Shown here piece by piece: positions 25,207-30,516 of a stretch of 30,516 nucleotides of DNA. Origin of the DNA: a virus (lineage: Duplodnaviria > Caudoviricetes); the IMG/VR virus record IMGVR_UViG_3300020045_005939, positions 1 to 30,516 of that record; one strand, 5' to 3'. The first letter of the stretch is position 1, and every line of letters starts with the position of its first letter. Below the pieces are notes generated by a model. It was not told where the DNA came from, ran no database searches, and worked only from the letters and a program-made list of their open reading frames with translations. Made by a program: the position numbers and the translations under genes.

Positions 25207-25707
25207 ATGGCTAATGAATTATATTTACGCAAAGGCACATCAAAGCTTGTTAACGGTGAAGCAACAGCAGATGTAGCCTTCTCTATGGAGGGTGTTACCA
25301 CAGCCGCTGGCCGTGTGTCTGCTCAGATAGATTGGGGCGCAGCACCTAGACCTTATACGTACTCATGGTCATGTGAGATTCAATTTCAGGCTACACCAAC
25401 ACAAGGGCTTGGGCTTGAGTTGTACATTGCCTGTGCTCCCGATGCTGATGCCACACAAATAGATGGTGATGTAGGCAACGCTGATGCTGCTTTAGGTGAC
25501 ATAGACATGAGACGCAACCTGCAACAAATAGGCTATGTTGTAAGTGAGAATGCTGCCGCTTCCGAGAAGTGCGTCGCTTCTGGGATCTTCGAATGTGACA
25601 AGAGATACATGAGTATTGTCGGTTATAACGCCAGCGGAGCAACAGTAAACGCAACAGATAGCAACTTCAGGTTTGATATAGTTCCGGTTTACTATCAAGG
25701 ACAATAA
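25207..25707 (+). CDS. Hypothetical beta-sandwich virion protein
   Basis: Beta-rich sequence in the late operon. Confidence 0.55.
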   Translation: MANELYLRKGTSKLVNGEATADVAFSMEGVTTAAGRVSAQIDWGAAPRPYTYSWSCEIQFQATPTQGLGLELYIACAPDADATQIDGDVGNADAALGDIDMRRNLQQIGYVVSENAAASEKCVASGIFECDKRYMSIVGYNASGATVNATDSNFRFDIVPVYYQGQ

Positions 25708-25710
25708 TTC

Positions 25711-27321
25711 ATGTCCTATGGTCGCATAAACAGAGACAAGATCACACGTCAGCCAAGGCAACAATACCCAGTAACCAATAATGACATTGGTAAGGGTCTT
25801 GTTGCTCTTGCAATTCCTGCTATACAGTATGATCTAAAGACCCGTAAAGCAGTTACCTATAGTGGTAATGCATTATTAGATCAGGATTTCAACGGTAACT
25901 ATTGGCATGGTGCTGCAACCAATTCACCTGTAGATATTGGCGCTACAGCTGGCTTGAGTTCTGTTTTAGATCAGACAAGGCCTTGGTCTATAGCCACAAA
26001 GATATTCCTGGATGATATAACATCATCACAAGAATATATCGGCGACATGAACGCAGCAGGGGCTAACAGAAGTATTGAGCTTTTGGTTAGTGCTGGTGTT
26101 CTGTATGCTATCGGCTATGGTACAACCAACTCCCAAGCCACATACACACTGCCAAGCACTGGCATGTACGACATTCTTGTTGTCAGTTCTGGTGGCTCGG
26201 CGTTTGTTATCTCTCTATATGTCAATGGTGTCCTGGTTAACACAGGCTCAGCAGCAAGCAGTAACCAAGCAGCTGGAACAACACTCCGACTGATGAACCC
26301 AGGGGCTTATACGGCAGGTTTTGGTGCGCTAGGACATATGTATTATTGCGCCTTCTTCCAGGGTGATAAGTCAAAATATGCTAAAGACCTGTATAAAAAT
26401 CCATGGCAATTGCTTGATGGCACAACATCAAATTATGGATTCTTTAACCAATCTGCAATAACAGGTACATTAGCAACAACAAACGCCAACGACACACTAG
26501 CAGCTAGTGGTACTACTACAATAGTAGGCATACTTGCTCGCACAAATTCCAACGATACTTCAGCAGCTTCAGGAACCACTACAATAGTAGGTTCTCTTGC
26601 AAGAACTAACGCAAACGATACTGTAAGCGCATCCGGAACGACAACTGTCACAGGCTCTCTTGCTAAAACAAACTCAAATGATACAGTAGTAGCTTCAGGT
26701 AGTGTTGGAAGTGCTGTGAGTGGTTCTCTTGCCTATGTAAACATCAATGACACGATTTCTGCATCCGGAACGACTACAATCACAGGAACCTTAGCAAGAA
26801 CTAACGCTAATGATTTAGTTGTAGCCAGTGGATCGCCCGTAATTGTCGGTACATTAGCCACAACAAACAGCAATGATACTATAACTGCTAATGGAGCTGT
26901 TGGTGATGCCGTTATTGGTACTGTATCTGTCACCAATGCGAACGACACATTAGCGGCATCTGGTACGACAACAGTCATTGGTTCGCTGACAAAGATAAAC
27001 AGTAACGATACATTAGTATCATCAGGAACGACAACAATTGTCGGTTCAGCATCCATAACAAATGCTAACGACACACTTGTGGCTAGTGGATCAGCCACAG
27101 GAGCAACAACACTAACATCTCAAGACCTGCTAGACATTGCTGACGCTGTTTGGGCTCACAGCACAGCCATACACCTTGAGTTATTGCTAACGGAAGCATG
27201 GGGAAGGTTAGGCTTAGACATAACTGCACCGTTGGTTAGTGGTCAAACAGAGATAAGCTTCGGTTCAATTGTGATGGCATTAACTGAAGCGAGTGGAACT
27301 GTAACCTGCGCTAGACAATGA
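25711..27321 (+). CDS. Fibre-like protein: LamG/ConA-like domain plus 10 Thr-rich repeats
   Basis: LYVNGVLV and LY.NPWQL LamG-like motifs, followed by tandem 21/23-aa repeats. Confidence 0.7.
   Translation: MSYGRINRDKITRQPRQQYPVTNNDIGKGLVALAIPAIQYDLKTRKAVTYSGNALLDQDFNGNYWHGAATNSPVDIGATAGLSSVLDQTRPWSIATKIFLDDITSSQEYIGDMNAAGANRSIELLVSAGVLYAIGYGTTNSQATYTLPSTGMYDILVVSSGGSAFVISLYVNGVLVNTGSAASSNQAAGTTLRLMNPGAYTAGFGALGHMYYCAFFQGDKSKYAKDLYKNPWQLLDGTTSNYGFFNQSAITGTLATTNANDTLAASGTTTIVGILARTNSNDTSAASGTTTIVGSLARTNANDTVSASGTTTVTGSLAKTNSNDTVVASGSVGSAVSGSLAYVNINDTISASGTTTITGTLARTNANDLVVASGSPVIVGTLATTNSNDTITANGAVGDAVIGTVSVTNANDTLAASGTTTVIGSLTKINSNDTLVSSGTTTIVGSASITNANDTLVASGSATGATTLTSQDLLDIADAVWAHSTAIHLELLLTEAWGRLGLDITAPLVSGQTEISFGSIVMALTEASGTVTCARQ
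26458..27099 (+). repeat. 10 intragenic repeats (63 or 69 bp), consensus I.G.LA.TN.NDT..ASGTTT
   Basis: Unit lengths 21,21,21,23,21,21,23,21,21,21 aa. Confidence 0.9.
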
Positions 27322-27695
27322 TCAATCCGCGAGCAATAGTCACGCTTGGCTTAGGTTTTGATAGCTTATCAAAAGCTACAATTGGCTTTGTTACACAAGC
27401 AGCAGAAATATTTTATCCTTATTTCGGTGCTGCTGGTGACTATAGGCATGAAGATAAGAGAAAACCAAAGCCACGCATAGTAAAAAAAGTAATTAAAGAA
27501 TTAGCAAAAGAAGTTTTGCAAAAAAAGAAAATAGTACCAAAGTATTATACTAATAATATTGATATTGAAAAAATATCAGCATTGATACAGTATGATACAA
27601 TGGTACAAGCCAGGGAATATATCAGAAATGAGATACAAAGAAAAATAAGGCAAGAGCAAGATGAGGAAGATTTTTTGATGTTGATGTTTTTATAA
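27318..27695 (+). CDS. Hypothetical protein (basic centre, DEEDFLMLMFL end)
   Basis: ATGA overlap with the fibre-like gene. Confidence 0.6.
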   Translation: MINPRAIVTLGLGFDSLSKATIGFVTQAAEIFYPYFGAAGDYRHEDKRKPKPRIVKKVIKELAKEVLQKKKIVPKYYTNNIDIEKISALIQYDTMVQAREYIRNEIQRKIRQEQDEEDFLMLMFL

Positions 27696-27711
27696 CTAAT
27701 AGGCATTAATA

Positions 27712-27903
27712 ATGGGATTATTAATCATTGAAACAGAATATTTCAAGAATGAAAAAATAATAAATATAACTGATGAGCATGGCAATGAATTAACTGATTT
27801 ACACATGGTTGATTATGTTGTATTTAATTTTGAAAGTGGGAAAACTCTTAAACTTGGCATTGATTGGCGAGGAAGAGATTGTTATATATCACAATATGAA
27901 TAG
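27712..27903 (+). CDS. Hypothetical AT-rich protein
   Basis: ORF track. Confidence 0.5.
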   Translation: MGLLIIETEYFKNEKIINITDEHGNELTDLHMVDYVVFNFESGKTLKLGIDWRGRDCYISQYE

Positions 27904-27912
27904 GTATTGCAA

Positions 27913-28689
27913 ATGAGCGAAGCAGAAACGATTGTTGAAGAGACAATTGCACCGGAAGAACCAGAACAACAAGAAGAACAACCGGAACCAGAGCAACAAG
28001 AGGAAACAGAAAAAGAGAAGTACTCAAAGAGAGTCCAGAAAAGAATTGATAAGCTTGAATGGGAAAAGAACGAGGAGAGGCGTAGAGCATACGCACTTGA
28101 GCAAGAGATAGAGCAATTACGGAATGGTTCACAACAAAAGCCACAGCAAAACACCGGCGAACCAAAAGCAGACGATTTCCCGGCTGGTCGATATGACCCT
28201 GATTATTTGTTGGCATTAACTGAGTACAAAATACAACAATCTATTGACAATTTACAAAAATCTGCTAATGTTAGTGAGCAAAGAAAGCTAGTTGATTTGC
28301 AGCAACAACAGGCAAGGCAAGCCCACGATGATTATGACGATGTTACAGCAGAACTCCTTGATCATCATCTTGCTAACGACCCTGTTTTTAATGATGCAAT
28401 CCTAGCTTCTGATAATGTCGCGGAAGTAGCCTACTATTTAGGTAAAAATCCAGACCAATTAGACCATATAGCAACGCTTCAAGGTAATCCAGCCAAGATG
28501 TTGAAATACATTGGCAGGATTGAAGCAATGCTAGAAAATCAAAAACCTTTAGACAAGCCAAAACTGGCAACATCTAATGCACCAAGACCTATCGCTCCTG
28601 TCGGCAGCGCAAAACCAGAACCAAGCAGCAAAGACCCTTCAACCATGACTCAAGACGAGTACATAAAATGGCGTAAGGGCACAAAATAA
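27913..28689 (+). CDS. Scaffolding protein
   Basis: Acidic N-terminus, VQKRIDKL, AYYLGKNP, AP.PI.PV and M...EY.KWR end; directly before the coat gene. Confidence 0.85.
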   Translation: MSEAETIVEETIAPEEPEQQEEQPEPEQQEETEKEKYSKRVQKRIDKLEWEKNEERRRAYALEQEIEQLRNGSQQKPQQNTGEPKADDFPAGRYDPDYLLALTEYKIQQSIDNLQKSANVSEQRKLVDLQQQQARQAHDDYDDVTAELLDHHLANDPVFNDAILASDNVAEVAYYLGKNPDQLDHIATLQGNPAKMLKYIGRIEAMLENQKPLDKPKLATSNAPRPIAPVGSAKPEPSSKDPSTMTQDEYIKWRKGTK

Positions 28690-28747
28690 CCCAATTTTTT
28701 GCGGATTAATCCGCGCAGACAAGTGACCCAAGACAGGGGAATACAAA

Positions 28748-29986
28748 ATGGCTAATACCTTACTTACATCCAGTATAATCATGAAAGAAGCCCTCATGAT
28801 TCTGGAAAATGATTTAACATTCACGAAAAACGTAAACCGTGAATATGACGATAAATTTGGCGTAGCTGGCGCTAAAATCGGTGCCACAATCAATGCACGT
28901 AAACCACCTCGTTATGTTGGCCGTACTGGTCAAGCATTGCAGGTTGAAGGCTCAACCGAAAACTATGTGCCTATCACTTTAGATACTCAATTCGGTGTTG
29001 ATATTTCTTTCAGTTCAGCAGATTTAACTCTGCACATTGATGAGTTCGCAAATCGCTTCCTGAAGCCAGCCATGGCAACCATAGCCAACAAAATTGACTA
29101 TGACGGCACAGGTTTGTATAAAGATGTATTCCGTTACATCAACGCAAACAGCGCAGCCGGCACTTTGACTGGTGGATCAGTTACAGCAGCACAAGCTCAA
29201 GCTCAAATACTTGGCGCAGGTGCGATCTTAACTGAATCTGGCGTACCTAAAGATGGTCAGCGTGGTTTGGTTATGTCACCAAACTCAACCGCTTCAGCTA
29301 TTACTCCTTTGCTGGCACAATTCAACAATGCCCAAAAAATCTCTCAAATGTTCGGTGAGGCAACAGTTGCATCACGTACATTAGGTTTTGACTGGGCCGA
29401 AGATGCAAACGTCCAGGCATTTACTCCTTCAGCTTCTGGTGGCTTAGTTACTGGTACGTCTACCGGCACATTGACCGCATCAGGCGCAACAACAATGGCT
29501 GTGGCTTCCGTTACTGCTGGCACTGTACCTCGTGGTACTGTATTAAGTATTGCTGGCGTTTATGCAATTAACCCACAATCAAGAGTTTCAACTGGTCGGT
29601 TGATGCAGTTTGTTGTAACTGCGGATACAGTTGTTACCACTACCGGCACATTGCCGATTTATCCTGCTTATATTCCATCAGGTCAATTTGCGACCTGTAC
29701 CGGATCGGCAGCTGGCGGTTCATTGATTACATTGCACTCAGGCGCAACCGGTGCAGGCCCATACGATCAAAACCTGGCTTACCATAAAGATGCATTCACT
29801 TTGGCAACTGCTGACTTGCTGTTACCTGGTGGTGTTGATATGGCAGAACGTGCAAACCATAACGGCGTATCAATGAGAATGGTGAGACAGTACGATATCA
29901 ACTCAGATATGTTCCCTGTCCGTTTCGATGTTCTGTATGGCTGGAAAACTGTCTATCCTGAACTCGCTGTTCGTGTAGGCGGCTAA
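28748..29986 (+). CDS. Major capsid protein, P22 gp5 family
   Basis: MANTLLT...I..EAL..LEN.L, KIG.T...RKP and R.DVLYG...YPE.A.R. Confidence 0.95.
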   Translation: MANTLLTSSIIMKEALMILENDLTFTKNVNREYDDKFGVAGAKIGATINARKPPRYVGRTGQALQVEGSTENYVPITLDTQFGVDISFSSADLTLHIDEFANRFLKPAMATIANKIDYDGTGLYKDVFRYINANSAAGTLTGGSVTAAQAQAQILGAGAILTESGVPKDGQRGLVMSPNSTASAITPLLAQFNNAQKISQMFGEATVASRTLGFDWAEDANVQAFTPSASGGLVTGTSTGTLTASGATTMAVASVTAGTVPRGTVLSIAGVYAINPQSRVSTGRLMQFVVTADTVVTTTGTLPIYPAYIPSGQFATCTGSAAGGSLITLHSGATGAGPYDQNLAYHKDAFTLATADLLLPGGVDMAERANHNGVSMRMVRQYDINSDMFPVRFDVLYGWKTVYPELAVRVGG

Positions 29987-29997
29987 AACAAAACATT

Positions 29998-30021
29998 AAG
30001 GAGGTATTGCTACCTCCTTTT
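29998..30021 (+). terminator. Rho-independent terminator after the coat gene
   Basis: AAGGAGGTA-TTGC-TACCTCCTT followed by TT. Confidence 0.7.
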
Positions 30022-30041
30022 AACTAAAAGAGACTAAGATT

Positions 30042-30398
30042 ATGCCAGATTCAAATTATAGCGGTTTAGGGCCTATTGTACCTATCGTCACATATACCAG
30101 CGGATCAACCTACGCCATCAATGCAGGTTCTGAACTTGCAGCCGGTGCAACTTCAGCCAGTGCAGATATTACCTTCACAGGTGTTGCTACTACTGATAAG
30201 AACGTCATGTTTGGCCCAAGGGATGCTTATGTTATCCCAGCAGGGATCAAACTTGTTTCAGCTAAGGTCACTGCAACAAATACTGTTTCTGTTGTTTGGA
30301 AAAACACCACTAATGCAGCCATTACCCCACCTGCTGCGGCGACGTGGACTTTGGTTGTGCTGAAACAGATGTTTTATGTAGCTGAAAACGCAGAGTAA
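30042..30398 (+). CDS. Probable capsid decoration protein
   Basis: Small Ala/Thr beta-rich protein (A.VTA.NTVSV...N.T..AI.P) right after the coat gene. Confidence 0.55.
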   Translation: MPDSNYSGLGPIVPIVTYTSGSTYAINAGSELAAGATSASADITFTGVATTDKNVMFGPRDAYVIPAGIKLVSAKVTATNTVSVVWKNTTNAAITPPAAATWTLVVLKQMFYVAENAE

Positions 30399-30447
30399 AC
30401 GCTCAATCCTCATTATAGCCAGGGAAGGCTCTTTTTTAGGCTAATAT

Positions 30448-30516
30448 ATGTCAATAGTAGTCGGTACAACAGGGCAAATAATTACTGTAGTTGACATAAT
30501 TACAGCAGCTTTGCGG
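30448..30516 (+). CDS. Start of a probable head-tail adaptor (P22 gp4-like), truncated
   Basis: MSIVVGTTGQIITVVDIITAALR, with a T..DII..ALR motif; expected gene order. Confidence 0.5.
   Translation, partial: MSIVVGTTGQIITVVDIITAALR

Overview
About 30.5 kb of an AT-rich tailed dsDNA phage with P22-like podovirus morphogenesis genes. Left to right: (i) + strand late tail region with a truncated probable ejection protein, a tail fibre plus Cys-rich partner, a beta-helix tailspike, and a chain of small membrane or secreted proteins in the lysis position; (ii) a long - strand early/middle operon (PAPS-reductase-family protein, dUTPase, a PEP-CTERM protein, RusA-like resolvase, RadD-like SF2 helicase, Gp157, SSB-like protein, Sak4-like AAA_24, RHH regulator); (iii) a divergent control region at about 16030-16100 beside a second RHH gene; (iv) + strand primase Zn-finger, N6-adenine MTase and AAA_25 helicase followed by an iteron-rich origin; (v) TerS, TerL, portal, a five-gene inserted module, scaffold, coat, a probable decoration protein and the start of a probable gp4-like adaptor. 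I recognised no integrase, HTH repressor or endolysin. The most unusual signals are tyrosine-recombinase-type (Xer/attC-like) sites bracketing the PAPS-reductase module where attP normally sits, a phage-encoded PEP-CTERM protein, and a ~150-nt nested structured RNA candidate. All protein calls come from motif recognition by eye; no searches were run.
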